This document shows positions 1 through 13,459 of a stretch of 64,000 bases of DNA, one piece after another. Made by a program: the position numbers and the translations under genes. The DNA comes from Lama guanicoe. Lineage: Eukaryota. The notes under the pieces are model-generated. The model was not told the DNA's origin. It made no database searches and saw nothing but the letters and a program-made list of their open reading frames with translations. Each line of letters starts with the position of its first letter. Positions within the stretch are counted from its first letter, which is position 1. The stretch is from the NCBI GenBank assembly GCA_013239625.1, contig MU053472.1, positions 3,581,410 to 3,645,409 of the forward strand, written 5' to 3'.

Positions 1-3000
1 TTGTATTAAATAAGCATTAATATATTGTAGAGTAAAATGCAAATATAAAAATAAATTTTAAGATAAACATGAGACTTTGAAGAAAGATCCAGTTCAAACT
101 GGATGCTTCAGTAGTCTTCCAAATCCTCCTGGGAATGTTATTATTGGCCTCTTCGGTTTGGGAATACTGGATTTTGAGAAGCAAGCATAACAGGTATGAG
201 CTTTGAAGTCATACAAATTTGGGTTTGTATCACATCTCTGGATATTACCAACTGTGGGACTTTCAGCAAGTTACTCAGTTTCCTCACCTGCAAATGGAAG
301 ATAATATTTCATGGGGTTGTGGGAAAGATTAAATTAATAAATATAAAGTACTTAGCACAGAAAAGGTACATAAATCTTAAGTTTTTTCTCTATTTAAAAA
401 TATTCTAATATGTGTATTTGGTTGAATAAAGCCTTATTGAACACCTAGCTCAGCAGAATGCTAATGCTGTGAGCCTTTTTTAAAAAACTACCTGCAGTTG
501 TAAGGTGCCAAAGAAATATGCTTTTACCTCTTATTTTATTTGACTTGATCCTTACAGTAATCCTGTGAACAGTTTCCTGGGGTCCCCATTTAAAATTAAC
601 ACATTTAAGATTGGATCACTTAAGCAAGGTTAAATATTTAACTGCTAGGTTTTGCAGGCTGACAGGGCAAACAAAAGAGTCTGTGGGCTCATGGAGCCTA
701 TAATCAATCAGGATTATTGTTGAGTATTTCTGACTTGTGTTGCATTTCTGACTTGTGTTATTGTCTAGATATAATACTAAGGATAGGAATGAGGTACCAA
801 TATGCTGTCAATATCTATAATTAAAGTATTTAAATAACAAGACATTTTCATGCTCACTGGGGGGTGGGGAATGGGGAAGCCCCTTAAAAGGAGGAGAACC
901 CGGAAGAGTGGTTCTTGTCTTCTGGCTGTGAAAGAATTCACAGTGGAGATAAAGGGGCAGAGTGAAAGCTGCTCTACTGCTCAAATAAAAGGAAAAGAGG
1001 AGAAGACACTCGACACTTGGGTAGAAAGACACTCAAGCAGAGGAACTCTAAGCCCAGGTGGCTTGACATAACAACTCCCACTTTTAGAGTCCCCGGCTGG
1101 GTCCTTTTATTCCTCTTTGTTGTGGCTTCTTTTGTCTCCTCATTGGCTGCCCTTTTCCTGCTTGCTTTCCAGTTTGTTCTGCTCTGTGGAACAAACACTC
1201 TGCAAAAACATGATAAGTCACCCTCAAACAATGTGGTCAAGCTAGGTTGAGCAAGCAAGGCAAGCAAGTGGGTTCCTTAAACAGTATGGAAAAAGAAATC
1301 AGATCATGTCAGGGCTTTGTGTTTCCGCAAGGTAGCTTTTTCCATTACTCAGCAGAAGCATTTTCTGGAGTCAGCTATAGCTTAATTTTAAATTTTAAAG
1401 AAGTCTCTAGGCAACAGGTCCCAGTTTCAGTTCCCTAGCTCTCTGTCTCCTTCAGCTGGGCTATTTTCTAGAGATGTGGGGGAGAAATCATCTGAATATT
1501 TTTGTTACACCTGAGGAGAGGTTTATTTTCTTTTAGCCTAAGAACATGGAAGTTTTAAAAATGGTGACCTTGCGTGTTCAAGTGAATTTGGGCATAGGAA
1601 AGATAAATGAGTGCTGTCTGGACTAAGGAAAAACTCTGAATCTAGGCTTGGCTTTAGAGATGGTTGTGATAAATCTTAAGGCCTCAAACATTTATATTTG
1701 GAATAGCAATATCAAAATTACACAAGGCCTAATACAAAATAGGAGCTTAAAATATTTGTTGTCCACCAACTCTTAAAATGTTGTTCTCACTTGACTTCTG
1801 AGATGCTACACTCCTGATTTACTTCCTACCCATCTGGCTTTTCTGTCTCCCTTCCAAGTTTGTCCTCTATAACCTGGGCATGAATGTTACAATTCTTTTA
1901 AGGCCCTATTGCTGACTTCTCACTGACTGTCCTGTTCTATTCTCTCCTCTCTGATTCTCCCATCCTCTATCTTTCTCTCTGCTATCTTATTCATATTCAC
2001 AGTTCAGTGACTATGTATATGTCAGTGATTCGTAAATTTATTTTTCTAACTCTGACCTGTTCTCGGACCTCCAGATGCAAATATCTAATATGCATACAGC
2101 GCGATGCTAAATCTCCAACTATCTTAAACCTAACTCATTATCTTCAGCCCCTAAAACCTTTTGTCCTCTTCAGGCATTCCTTGCCTCTAAATATCCTTCC
2201 ATCTGCACAAAACAGAAACCTAGGAATCATCCTCCACACCTCCTTCCCTTTAACTCTCCATATTCAGTATATCCACAAACCCTATCAATTTTCTCCCTAA
2301 AATATCTCAATTATGTTCATGTCTCCTTCTCTAGGCCAAGCTGTCACCATTTCATTTACAGGTACTGCGAGGACCTTTTAGCTGGTCTCTCTGAATCTTG
2401 TCTTCCCCTCCCCTCTAGACTGTTCTCCCATGCTACAGGCTGGGGGTTCTTTCTAGAGTGTATTTCTGTTCACATAACCCCCTATATTGATCTTAGAATA
2501 AAGATCAGATTTCTTAAGGAGACTTACAAGAAGCCTTGCATGTTCTGGCTCCTGTTTACTTCTTTAGCTGAAACCTTTCCATCTCTCCTCTTTGCTCTTT
2601 ATACTCCAGCCACCCTGATCTTAATTCCTGTGTGTGCCAGACCTCATCATACAACAAAGCCTTTGCACATGGCCTCTCTGCTTCACTTAATTAACTATTT
2701 ATCCTTCATATCTCAGTATTCATTGACCCCCTTCTCTGACCCTGAACCTGTCCCTTTAACAACCCCCCTCAAGACTAGGTTAAATCTCCCGCCTTAAGGC
2801 TCTCATAGCACCAAATGTCTTTGTGTGATCATTTATTTAACACATGAGTCCCCAAGTAGAATGAAAGACTCAGTAGAACAGGGACCAGGTGGATTTTACT
2901 CATTGCTGTTTTCCTAGGGCCCCAGCCCAGTGTATGGCTTATAGGAGGTGCTCAGTATATGTTAGAAGAATGGATGGTTAGATGATTGACTGGCCCCTCT

Positions 3001-3146
3001 CTCCCTATTTTTTTCTGTTTTGTACTCTTAAATATGATGGAAAGTATATTCTTGTAGAAAGTATCTACTTGTAGAAAACAAATAAAATACCAAAAATGTA
3101 AAGAATGTAAAACTAATTCATAGACCTTTTCGGTTTTATTTTTTAA

Positions 3147-3605
3147 ATTGTAGTTGATTTACAGTGTTTCAGGTATATAGCAAAGTGATTCAGTTATACA
3201 TATATCTATATATTCTTTTTCAGATTCTCTTCCATTCTAGGTTATTACAAGATATTAAATACAATTCCCTGTGCTATACAGGAGGTCTTTGTATATATTT
3301 TATATATAGTAATGTGTATCCATTAACCCCAAATTCCTAATTTATCACCCTCCCCTTTCCCCTTTGGTAACCATAAATTTGTTTTTTATGTCTGTGACTC
3401 TATTTCTGTTTAGTAAGTAAGTTCATTTATATCATTTTTTTGATTCCATATGTAAGTGATATAATACGATATTTGTCTTCATCTGATTTACTTCACTTTG
3501 TATGATAATCTCTAGATCCATCCATGTTGCTGCAAATGGCATTATTTCATTCTTTTATACACTTTATCTATTCATCTGTCGATGGAAATTTAGGTTACTT
3601 CTATG
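3147..3605 (-). mobile_element. L1 3' end fragment
   Basis: Typical reverse-strand L1 3'UTR text (ccatgttgctgcaaatggcattatttcattc). Confidence 0.75.
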
Positions 3606-3619
3606 TTTTCTTCAACCCA

Positions 3620-4379
3620 TGTTACCAAATGAAACTTGGGTCGGCTCACAGTGCACAATCAAGCCAGTCTACTGACACTGGGTTGTGGTGAAGGAAAGTA
3701 CAGCATTTATTCCAAGGCCAAGCAAGGACTGTGGGCAGGTAATGCTCAAAAGACCGAAACTCCCCGATGGCTTAAAGACAGGGTGAGAGAGAGGGTTGTG
3801 GGGTGCTTGATCAGCTCATGGACGTTCTTCTGATTGGTAGATGGGAAGGTAATAGGGAGCAAAAACACTTTCATTCTTCTGGTTCCAACCTGTGTGGGGT
3901 CTGTGTGCTTCTGGTTGGCATGTAGTTAACTTCTTCCACCTGGTAGGGGTTTCAGAATCTGCAAAAAGCTCAAGGATATGACTCAGAATATTATCCATAG
4001 CCCTTGAGGAACTAAATAAAGGTTCTTGACTTTGTTTAATGGCTAAACTGTTACTATTTTGTCTTGCTTGACTGTTTTCTCTTGTTTCTGTATTTTCTCT
4101 TTTCTGATTAAATTTGCTCTTTGGAACTCTGGGAAGGCCTAGGAGGCTAAAGTTTTTCTATAAACAAGAGGCAGGTGTAGGACATGGTGGGGGGTGGGGG
4201 TGGGGTCAGTCCTATAAAGGCCCCATAGGGTCTTGCTCAGTTACAGTCCCCCCTTTTCTTTGATACTCCTCAATCTTGAGGGGGAACAGGTGCAGGACAA
4301 GAAAGGTAATAAAGTTTTGGATAGAGAGGTTGATCATAAACTCAGCAGAAGAACTCGTTTTTAGGGGGACTCAGTTTCA
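3620..4379. mobile_element. ERV-type solo LTR
   Basis: TG...CA ends (tgttacc...gtttca) and LTR-like composition; family not determined. Confidence 0.55.
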
Positions 4380-5029
4380 CTCAGAAATAATAACGTTAAC
4401 ATTTTCATTTATTTTTAATCTTCCTACAAATTCATATAATGTATATATTTGTTATCATAGTTGTGATCAAATTGTGAAGAAATGTATATATCTTATTTTT
4501 CACTTTATATTTTGTCAAAAGCTCTCTCTTTATGATTAAAAATTACTTTAAAATTAAGTTTAATGTTTGCATACTATTCTGTCCTTAGGTCCATCTTTCT
4601 AATCAGTGGCCTGTAATTGGACAGTTGAATTATTTCTAGTTTTCTGCTGTGATGAGGTAGGATGTGCTCTGAAGCTGGCTTGTTCGAATGTTTCCCTGTA
4701 TGCCCCCCCTCTCTCCATACATTTCTGGTAGTAGAATTCCTTGGTCAAAAAGTATGCACATTTTCATTTTGTATCTTAATGCCAAATGTTTGCACCACTT
4801 ACACTCCTACTAATAGTGGATGAGGGCTGATTTTCCTGCCTCCACCCTAGCACTGGCCCTTAGCAGTCTTTAGATGGTTATTTTTTTTCTTTTTTTGAGG
4901 CATAATTGACTTTCAATGGTTATTATCTTTTATGACTAAGAAAGTTTAAAAGTCTTTCCATATAATTTTATTGGCCAAGTATATTTTATCATTGTAACTA
5001 TCTCATTTATATCTTTTTCCCATTTTTAA

Positions 5030-5500
5030 TTCTTAATAGTGGCAAAATACACATAACAAAAAATTTACCATCTTAACCATCTCTAAGTGTAAGGTTCAGT
5101 ATTGTTAATTATATTCACAATGTTGTACAACCGATGTCCAGGACTTTTTTATCTTGCAAACCTAGAACTCTATACCCATTAAACAACAACTCACCATTTC
5201 CCCTGCCCCCAGCCACTGACAAGCCATTCTACTTTGCATGAGTTTGACGATTCTTGATACTTTGTACAAATGGAATCATACAGTATTTGTCTTTTTATGA
5301 CTGGTTTATTTCACTTAGTGTAATGTCCTCAAGGTTCATTCATGTTATAGCATGTATCAAAATTTCCTTACTTTTAAAGGTTGAATAATATTCCATTGTA
5401 TGTATGTAACACATTTTGTTTACCCATTCTTCTGTGAATAGGCACTTGAGTAGCTCTTACCTTTGGTCTACTGTGAGTCATGCTACTGTGAACATGAGTG
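5030..5500 (-). mobile_element. Older L1M 3' fragment
   Basis: ggttcattcatgtt...gaataatattccattgtatg motif. Confidence 0.7.
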
Positions 5501-5873
5501 TTTATCCTTTCCCACTTTTTAACTAGGCTACTTTTAATTTGAAATATGTATTTGTAATAGGTCAATGTTTTTATTATCAGAAACAATAACTAATATTTAT
5601 TGTATTTACCATAGGCCAACCATTCTGCTCAGTTTTGTCTGACATGAAAACCCAAAATCCATATGCTGCCAACTCTCTCACGTGCGCCTATTCTATCATA
5701 CAGGCTATTTGCCTAATCTGTATATTGCAGATACCTTCCCACTTTGTCATGTGTATTTAAACTTTATGAGGTTTTCTATTTTATTGAGGTCATGTATATG
5801 CAAAGTTTGTGTTTAATTCTAACTTCAGTAACATGCTTAGAAAGTCTTTCTTTTCTTCCAAAATTATAAGCAT

Positions 5874-5963
5874 GGGGGAGTGGGGATATAGCTCAGTGGT
5901 AAAGTGTGTGCTTAGCATATGCGAGGTCCTGGGTTCAATCACCAGTACCTCCGTTAAAAAAAG
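5874..5963 (+). mobile_element. tRNA-Ala-derived SINE (Vic-1-like)
   Basis: tatagctcagtggt...gggttcaatc head, A tail, TSD aaaattataag. Confidence 0.8.
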
Positions 5964-6696
5964 AAAATTATAAGTATAATCATCTGTTTTTTCTACTTGC
6001 AGTTTATGATTTAATTTGAATTTTTTAATCTGATTTTTTTTAATGTAAAGTAGGAGGAAGAAAGCATTTTTTTTCTTTCTTTCCAGTGGTGAGCCAATTT
6101 TCTAAGCACTCTTTATGAGGTAATCAATCTTTTCTCCCACCTATATGAAATGCCACCTTTATCATATACTTTTATGTAGTTAGGTCCTATATTCCTGATA
6201 TAAGACATATTTATTGTGTATATTCTTTCACTATCCAACTAGATTCAGTTCATAAAGATTTTATAGGCTTAGTTAAGAGTTTTGCATTTTTTCATGAGTG
6301 AGAGTAATCTGTGACATGATTATGTCTCCTTTGGTTTTGGCAATGGAGCTTTACAACCTTTGCAAAATGAACTAAGAAGCTTCTCTATTTCTTCTATGCT
6401 AACTTATGTTAGTTTTAAACAAATACATATATTCCCTTATATTATTCTAATCCAAGAAATGTGGCTCACCTCAAAGGATAGTAAGATCAGTGGGGCTTCT
6501 GTGAGAATTACAGCATTAATGGTTTTCTTAACCTGCTTGAGCTGCAGAAGTGCGAAGGGCAGTCACCTTTTGCCCTAAGGCAGACTGTCTTGGACAAATA
6601 TTTTGATAACTAGGTCCACAGCAGTGAAGTTCTTGTGAAATATTGAAACTAGCCTTGTGAAGGGCTCTGTGTTATTTGTTTAAGAAAGCACTGCTC

Positions 6697-7290
6697 GCAC
6701 TATTTATAGTAGCGAAGACATGGAAACAGCCCAAGTGCCCAGCAACAGATGACTGGATTGGTTAAAGAAGATGTGGTTTATATATATATACATATATATA
6801 TGTATATATATATATATATATATAATGGGATATTACTCAGCCATAAAAAAGAATGAAATGTTACTATTTGCAGCAACATGGATGGACTTAGAGGATATCA
6901 TACTATGTGAAGAAAGAGAAAGACAAGTATTATATGATATCGTTTCTATATGGAATCTAAAAATTAATACAAATGAACTTATATACAAAACAGAAACAGA
7001 CTCACAGACATAGAAAATAAACTTATGGTTACCAAAGGGGAAATGGAGGCAGGGAGAGAGATAAATTAGGAGTATGGGATTAACTGATACAAACTGCTAT
7101 ACATAAATAGATAAGCAACAAGAATTTACCAAATAACACAGAACTATATTCAATATCTTAGAAAACCTATAATGAAAAATAACCTGAAATATATATATAA
7201 CTGAATCATTTTGCTAAACACCTGAAACTAACACAATATTGTAAGTCAAGTATACTTTTAAGATAAATAAATACATACATACATACATAC
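6697..7290 (+). mobile_element. L1 3' end containing a (TA)n tract
   Basis: ORF2 C-terminal remnant YYSAIKKNEMLLFAATWMDLE. Confidence 0.8.
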
Positions 7291-8679
7291 TGCTAGTCAC
7301 AAATGTTCTGAAAATGGCATTTTGAATTTAAGAGTTGTTTGGTGATAGCAGTAGCCTAATTCATGGATACCACTTTTTTCCCTTACATGTGTGGTTCCCA
7401 ACTTTTTCAAGTTATCTAACTTTTATTTCACAAAACAAAATGTAGATATTTTGTTTCTAGATTACATACACATATATATTTATGTATGCATGTATGTATA
7501 TAAGCATATATATATATTACATAATACTTCTTTCTTTGGGGGAGAGAGTCTATAAAAATCAAACCGGTAGACTGTCAAAAGGTCAGCCTCCAGGAATAGT
7601 TGTAGTTCACATCATGACCTCCCCCTTCCACCTCAATATTTTTTGTTCTGTCTCACACACCTCTCTGTTTTGTTACTTATTGCTAATCTTTAATAAGATT
7701 TTTACAAATAGCATTATTTCTTCCTGCTTTAGAGACCTAAAACTCTGGGTATTTTATTTTCATGGAGGAGAGAAAATCAGAAGAGTCCTGTAAGATAAAA
7801 AGACTTTGGAAATAGGATGGGGTTGGGATTCTAGTGTGTTCATGGAGAGACAGCTGAAGAACAGTTAAACTTGAAAACTGATGCTAATTTACAGTGAGGC
7901 AGGAAAGAGAGGATTGAGAAGACTGATAATATTGATTATGTAGACATGAAATATGTAAATTATTAAGGCAGTAAATTACTGCCTGCGATGGAATTTGCTC
8001 TTTTTAAAGAGTCTAATATGAGTCCAGGAGGGCTCAGGAGTTTCCTGTAGAATGGATTCTCCAGTAGTCTTGTTCTGGATTTCAGAGACATCCGTGAAAA
8101 AGCAAACATATGACCCCATATTTGTAGTGTCGAGCTCAGGAGGATTTAAGAGTAAGTGGAAACACAATTTACTCTTGGCTTAGGAGGAGGGGAGACACTG
8201 ATCACAAAAGTAGTTTCCATAGATGAGGGTCATCATCACACTCCCGCTGAACAGACCCTTACGATTTATCTAAATGGCTGTGTTGTAGGAGGGGACTCTG
8301 TGTGAGCTTTTCTCTAACTCCCTTCAAAGTTAGAATTAGTGTTTGTGCAACTGATCTTGCAAGTAAGGGTGATCGTTTGCCTCATATTTGAAAGCGTATT
8401 TTGTACTTGTGCTTGAAGCTTTGAACTGACACCCTGTTTTTAGCACTACATAGACTGGATTTTCAAATGTAGTTTTCCCAAATGTCATCTTTTCAGACGT
8501 GCTTTCAGTTAAGTGGATAGCGGCTTGCTGAACTGCTAGAATCACAGCGACGTCATTAGCTCCAGCCCTTGAAGGAGGAACTAATTTGTTGTTCATCTTT
8601 ACATCCATAGAGCGTCTTTGCTTTTAAGTTTTATTCCACTCACTATACCAGGAGGGACAAAATGACATCAGCAAAAGGG

Positions 8680-8908
8680 GTGGGGAATATGTAGATTAGC
8701 CCAGTGACTGACAGTTATGCTTACACTAGGTATATATTTCCTAAGATTTTGGCAATATCTAGATATATAAAATATTGCTGCGTGCTAAATACAGTTTGGA
8801 GACTACTCTAGAAGCGGGGAGTGGTCTATAAAAATACTTGAAAAAAGTAATCCTATCTAAAGAGTGATTTGAATCTGTGGGTGAGGTGCCAGGCGAAGCT
8901 AGCGACTC
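8680..8908 (+). promoter_or_regulatory. snRNA promoter of U1 copy 1 (degenerate PSE)
   Basis: ATGTAGAT at -220; TAATCCTATCTAAAGAGTG at about -61 only partly fits a PSE. Confidence 0.6.
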
Positions 8909-9072
8909 ATACTTACCTGGCAGGGGAGATACCATGATCACGAAGGTGGTTTTCCCAGGGCGAGGCTCATCCATTGCACTCCGGATGTGCTGACCCCTGC
9001 GATTTCCCCAAATGTGGGAAACTCGACTGCATAATTTGTGGTAGTGGGGGACTGCGTTCGCGCTTTCCCCTG
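8909..9072 (+). ncRNA. RNU1: U1 snRNA copy 1 (164 nt, U60C)
   Basis: ATACTTACCTGG...TTTCCCCTG full length; octamer-like ATGTAGAT at 8689; weak PSE-like site near 8848. Confidence 0.97.
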
Positions 9073-9440
9073 ATAGTTTTTGTTCAAGAGAAGAGTAAGT
9101 TTGTGCCCTTGGTTTTGTGTTTTTGTAAGCTACATCTGTTGGTGTGTTTTTAGTTGGTTTTTGTTTTCAAAAGTAGGAACTCTGCAATTTTTTGCTGAGG
9201 TCTCATTTTTATCTTAAGGGGTTAGTTTTTCTATTTTGTTTTCCAAAGATCTCTTTTTCCTGCCGTGATGAACTATCTGAGGTATAAAGGATAAACTTCT
9301 TTAACACTGAGATTAGGGGACGCGTTTCTGGCCTTTTTTTGGTTTCTCAAGGTTACGTCTATATGTTGTTTGCGATCTGTTCGTGCATTTTCAGTCAGCA
9401 GACTTCTGTCCTCTTAACACCTAATCTCTCAGGCTGGAGG

Positions 9441-9555
9441 CGGGGGATAGCTCAGCGGTAGAGCGCGTGCTTAGCATGCAAAGAGGTCCTGCCTCCAATA
9501 CAATAAAATACATAAGTGTCTCCCCCTTCCCCCAAAAATAACATGGGAAAAAAAA
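9441..9555 (+). mobile_element. Vic-1-like SINE in U1 spacer (internally deleted)
   Basis: ggggatagctcagcggtagagcgcgtgcttagcatgca plus tail. Confidence 0.75.
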
Positions 9556-9799
9556 ATGGATGTACGTAGTGGGCCTTCCTTCTTCCTCCTATAAGGGCCG
9601 TGTGATTACAGTAGGCGCACGTGGATATTTCGGGCCTTTTCCCCGCGGCCCTGCAAACCGCCCGCCCCCCCTCCCCAATTTCAAAACCTGAATGACGTAC
9701 AGTCTGTTTTGCTAGAGTGAGGTAACATATTAACAGGTTTCAGAGGTTAGGACGCGGACATTTTGGTGGGTGAGTATTCAGCCTACCGCATCAGCAAAG

Positions 9800-10075
9800 G
9801 CCGGAGATGTGTTTGTCGGGCGCTGTGGAATGACGTCACTGAAAGATACTTGAAGTATGTAAATGACCGCAGTGTCTGCTGGTCTTGTTCACACTGTGCA
9901 GATACTAGTTATTTTCTGCAGTGTCCAGATCTACAAAAATCTGATTGTCCGTCTTTTACAGTTTGTAGAAGTGTTTGTTTCGTCAGTGACGGTCTGGAGC
10001 GTGCGTGCAGTGCATGACCGTATGTTTGAAGTGTTTGGAATGTGAGGGTGAGGTTGGAGGCAGCGTTGTGAGCTC
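9800..10075 (+). promoter_or_regulatory. Type-B U1 promoter (CRE TGACGTCA 9831, octamer-like DSE 9857, PSE 10015); repeated at about 17813-18088, 19905-20180 and 25866-26141
   Basis: Near-identical about 275-bp block before U1 copies 2, 4, 5 and 7, with motifs at the usual -220 and -61 positions. Confidence 0.88.
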
Positions 10076-10239
10076 ATACTTACCTGGCAGGGGAGATACC
10101 ATGATCACGAAGGTGGTTTTCCCAGGGCGAGGCTTATCCATTGCACTCCGGATGTGCTGACCCCTGCGATTTCCCCAAATGTGGGAAACTCGACTGCATA
10201 ATTTGTGGTAGTGGGGGACTGCGTTCGCGCTCTCCCCTG
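10076..10239 (+). ncRNA. RNU1: U1 snRNA copy 2 (U157C allele)
   Basis: Full-length U1; ATGTAAAT at 9857 and PSE TGACCG at 10015 (-61). Confidence 0.97.
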
Positions 10240-10739
10240 GTTTTTCGCATTGTTTAAAGGAAGTTTTGTGTTGTCTTCAGCGTTGTTGTAGGCTCTTATA
10301 AAAGAAAAGATGTGGTGTTAAGGAATGGGTCTGAGTTACGTGGGTCGTTTGCATTTAGTGTGTGAGATTATCGCTTGGTTGTTTATCGTGTGTAATGAGA
10401 ATTCAGGTTTGGTAATTCTTTCAGTAGGTTTAGGTTCATAGTAGTTAGGAACTGATATTTGCATGTGGTTTTATGTATGTATGTAGTTAGGTTTCAGGTG
10501 AGGGTATATTAAATGCTTTTTGACAGAGTGAAAAGTTTCTAAGCTATGCTTCTCCAGTGCCTTTTTACAAAAGTAAGAAGTCCTGTCTGGTTTTTGGCAG
10601 TGAAAAGAATGATGTTAATTTTTTTTTCCCTCATTTTATGTGTGGGTAAGAAAGGATTAAGCTTGATTTGTCATAGGTTGGTTGGTCTTTTGGGTCACCT
10701 TGAAATCTGGATTCTTCAGGGAGTTGAAATAACCAGGAT

Positions 10740-11903
10740 ATTATTCTCTCTTAGCAACATTTTTCTAGGGCAGTCTACCTAGGCAAAGCAAAAATAAACA
10801 AGTGGGACCTGATTAAACTTACACGTTTTCTGCACAGCAAAGGAAAGCATAAGCAAAATAAAAAGACAAACTACAGAATGGGGGAAAAACTGCAAAAGGT
10901 GAGACTAAGGACGTAATTTCCAGAGTGTATAAACAGCTCATACAACTTAAAAAAAACAAAAAACAAAAAACCCGAAAACCCAACCCAATCCAAAAATGGG
11001 CACAAGACCTAAACATGCAGTTGTCCAATGAAGATATACAGATGGCCAATAGGCACATGAAAAAAATGCTCAATATTGCTAGTTACCAGAGAAGTGCAAA
11101 TCAAAGCTGCCATGAGGTATCACCTCATACCTGTCAGAATGGCCGTCATTCAAAAAGTCTACAAACGATAAATGCTGGGGAGGGTGTGGAGAAAAAGGAA
11201 CCCTCATACACTGTTGGTGGGAATGTAGTTTGGTGCAGCCATTATGAAAAACAGTATGGAGATTCCTGAAAAGACTGCAAATAAACTTACCATATGATTC
11301 CACAATCCCGCTTCTGGGCACATATCCAGAGGGAACCTTAATTAAAAAGGCACTTGCACCCTGGTGTTTATAGCAGCACTATTTACAATGGCCAAGACAT
11401 GGAAACAACCTAAAAGTCCATCGTTGTCGTGTATTTATACAATAGAATACTACTCCGCCATAGAAAAGAATAAAATAATGCCATTTGCAGCAACATGGAT
11501 GGACCTGAAGATTGTCATTCTAAGTGATGTAAGCCAGAAAGAGAAAGAAAAATACCATGAGATATCAATTATATGTGGAATCAAAAAAAAAAAAAGTCGG
11601 GGACACAAATGAACTTATTTACAAGATGGAGACAGACTCACAGACATAGAAAACAAACTTCTTGTTACCAAGGAGGAATTCCACTGGAGCATGGAGGGAT
11701 AAGTTGGGAATTTGGGATTTTCAGATACTAACTATATATAAAATATTTAAACAGCAAAGTCCACTGTATAGCACAGGGAGCTATATTCAACATCTTGTAA
11801 TAGCCTGTAATTAAGAAGAATATAAAAAGGAATATCTATAACTTAATTGCCATGTTATACACCAGGAATTAACACATTGTAAACCGACTATAAGTCAATT
11901 AAA
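10740..11903 (+). mobile_element. L1 ORF2 3' part and 3'UTR
   Basis: [31 protein letters not shown] remnants. Confidence 0.88.
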
Positions 11904-13335
11904 ATTTTTCGTTAGTCACCTGAGTATTATTTTGGGGACTTTGCTTAAAACTGAACAATGAGAGACACAAAGTACAGGTATTTTGCAACATGCTTTTAAA
12001 ATTTCTATCAAAAATAATACATATGCCTCATTTAAAAAGTCAAGTAGTCCTTTTAGACTTACAAACTGAGTTCTTTGCCCACCTCTTCTCATTCTTCAGG
12101 TTTCATTTCAGAGGGAGGCACTTTCCACTCTAAAAACAACTAAAATTTGATTCTTCTGACATTTATGAATCTTCATGTTTCTAAACCATTGTGCATAATG
12201 TTATCTTCTGGTGCATCCATTTTTGACAGGGTTTATTTATTTGTTTATTTTCAATATATTTTATTTTTTTAACATTTTTTATTGATTTGTAATCATTTTA
12301 CAATGTTGTATCAAAACAGGGTTTATTTTTGATAGTGATAAATGAGGATTTAGCTCTCTTGTACCACCATGTCTTTTCTCTTTTTCCTAGTACAGTTTAA
12401 AAAACACTTGGTTAAATCACTTGGTTAAATCAATATTTGGTGTTCATATTACTCTTAGGCAAACATTATTCACAGCAGAGCATTGTCACTGAGTGTCATT
12501 TTTTTCCTTTAATTTTTCCTCTGGTTAGTTTTTTCCCCCTCTGCTTCAGTTTATCTTTTTTTCACTCGGTTACTTTTCTTCTACCCATTCCTGATTCTTC
12601 CCACACCTTCCAATAGCCTCTTCTTTTCCATAAGGCCAATCATATTAAGTGGTCTTACTAGTTTAAATGTGTTTTTTTCTTCTAGAGATATGTCTAGTTC
12701 CATTTTTCTTCTACCTAAATCCAGTGCTCTTTCAGCCTACTGCGTGTTTTAAATGGGTATGAAATTCTAGTTTGGAGTTAAATTTTCCTTCATGATTTCA
12801 AAGGTGTCACTTTTTTGACTTCTAGACTCTAGAAGCTATTGAGAAGGCTTTCTGATTCCTGATCCTGTTTATGTGACATATGTGACTGATTGTCTCATTT
12901 TCAGAAAAGTTAATGAGGCATCTCTTTATTTTTATTTCTCTGTAATTTCCTAATGATGTGCCTCAGTGTATCTTAAAGCCATTCGCTGTATGGGGCACTT
13001 GATGAGGGCCCTTTCAACCAGGAAGCCTTCCATGTTGGGAAGTTCTCTTGAATATTTCATTAGTGATTTCCTTCCCTTGGTTTTTTTTTTTTTCTCTTGG
13101 CTTTTAATTTTTCTAGAACTCTCCATATTTGGATATTAGAACTCCTACAATCGTCTTATAGGAAAAAAAAAATCTGTTCTCCATCAATTCATCTTTGTTG
13201 CTCAGCTCATGTATTCAGTTTTTTATTTCTGTCATCATCTTTAAAAACTTTTTTTTTGTTTTTAGTTTCTGCTTTGTATAGCTTCTTGTACTTGTTTTTC
13301 AGATGCAAGGTCTTCTATTATCTCTCTGAGGATTT

Positions 13336-13459
13336 GGGGGGATAATTAGGTTTATTTATTTATTTATTTATTTTATTTTTCAGTGGAGGTACTGGGATTT
13401 GAACCCAGGATCTCATGCGTGCTAAGCATGTGCTCTACTACTGAGCTATACCCTCCCCC
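13336..13459 (-). mobile_element. Vic-1-like SINE
   Basis: Reverse-strand head; TSD tctctctgaggattt. Confidence 0.82.

Noticed and set aside
5881..5953. tRNA-Ala(AGC)-like sequences here and at 9441, 17472, 25525, 27256 and 43895
   Set aside because: A-rich tails, TSDs on several copies and broken stems identify them as SINEs, not tRNA genes
9863..10045. Identical 60-aa ORF (MTAVSAGLV...) occurring four times, plus overlapping 83-84 aa ORFs
   Set aside because: They are translations of the repeated U1 promoter B, with no coding evidence
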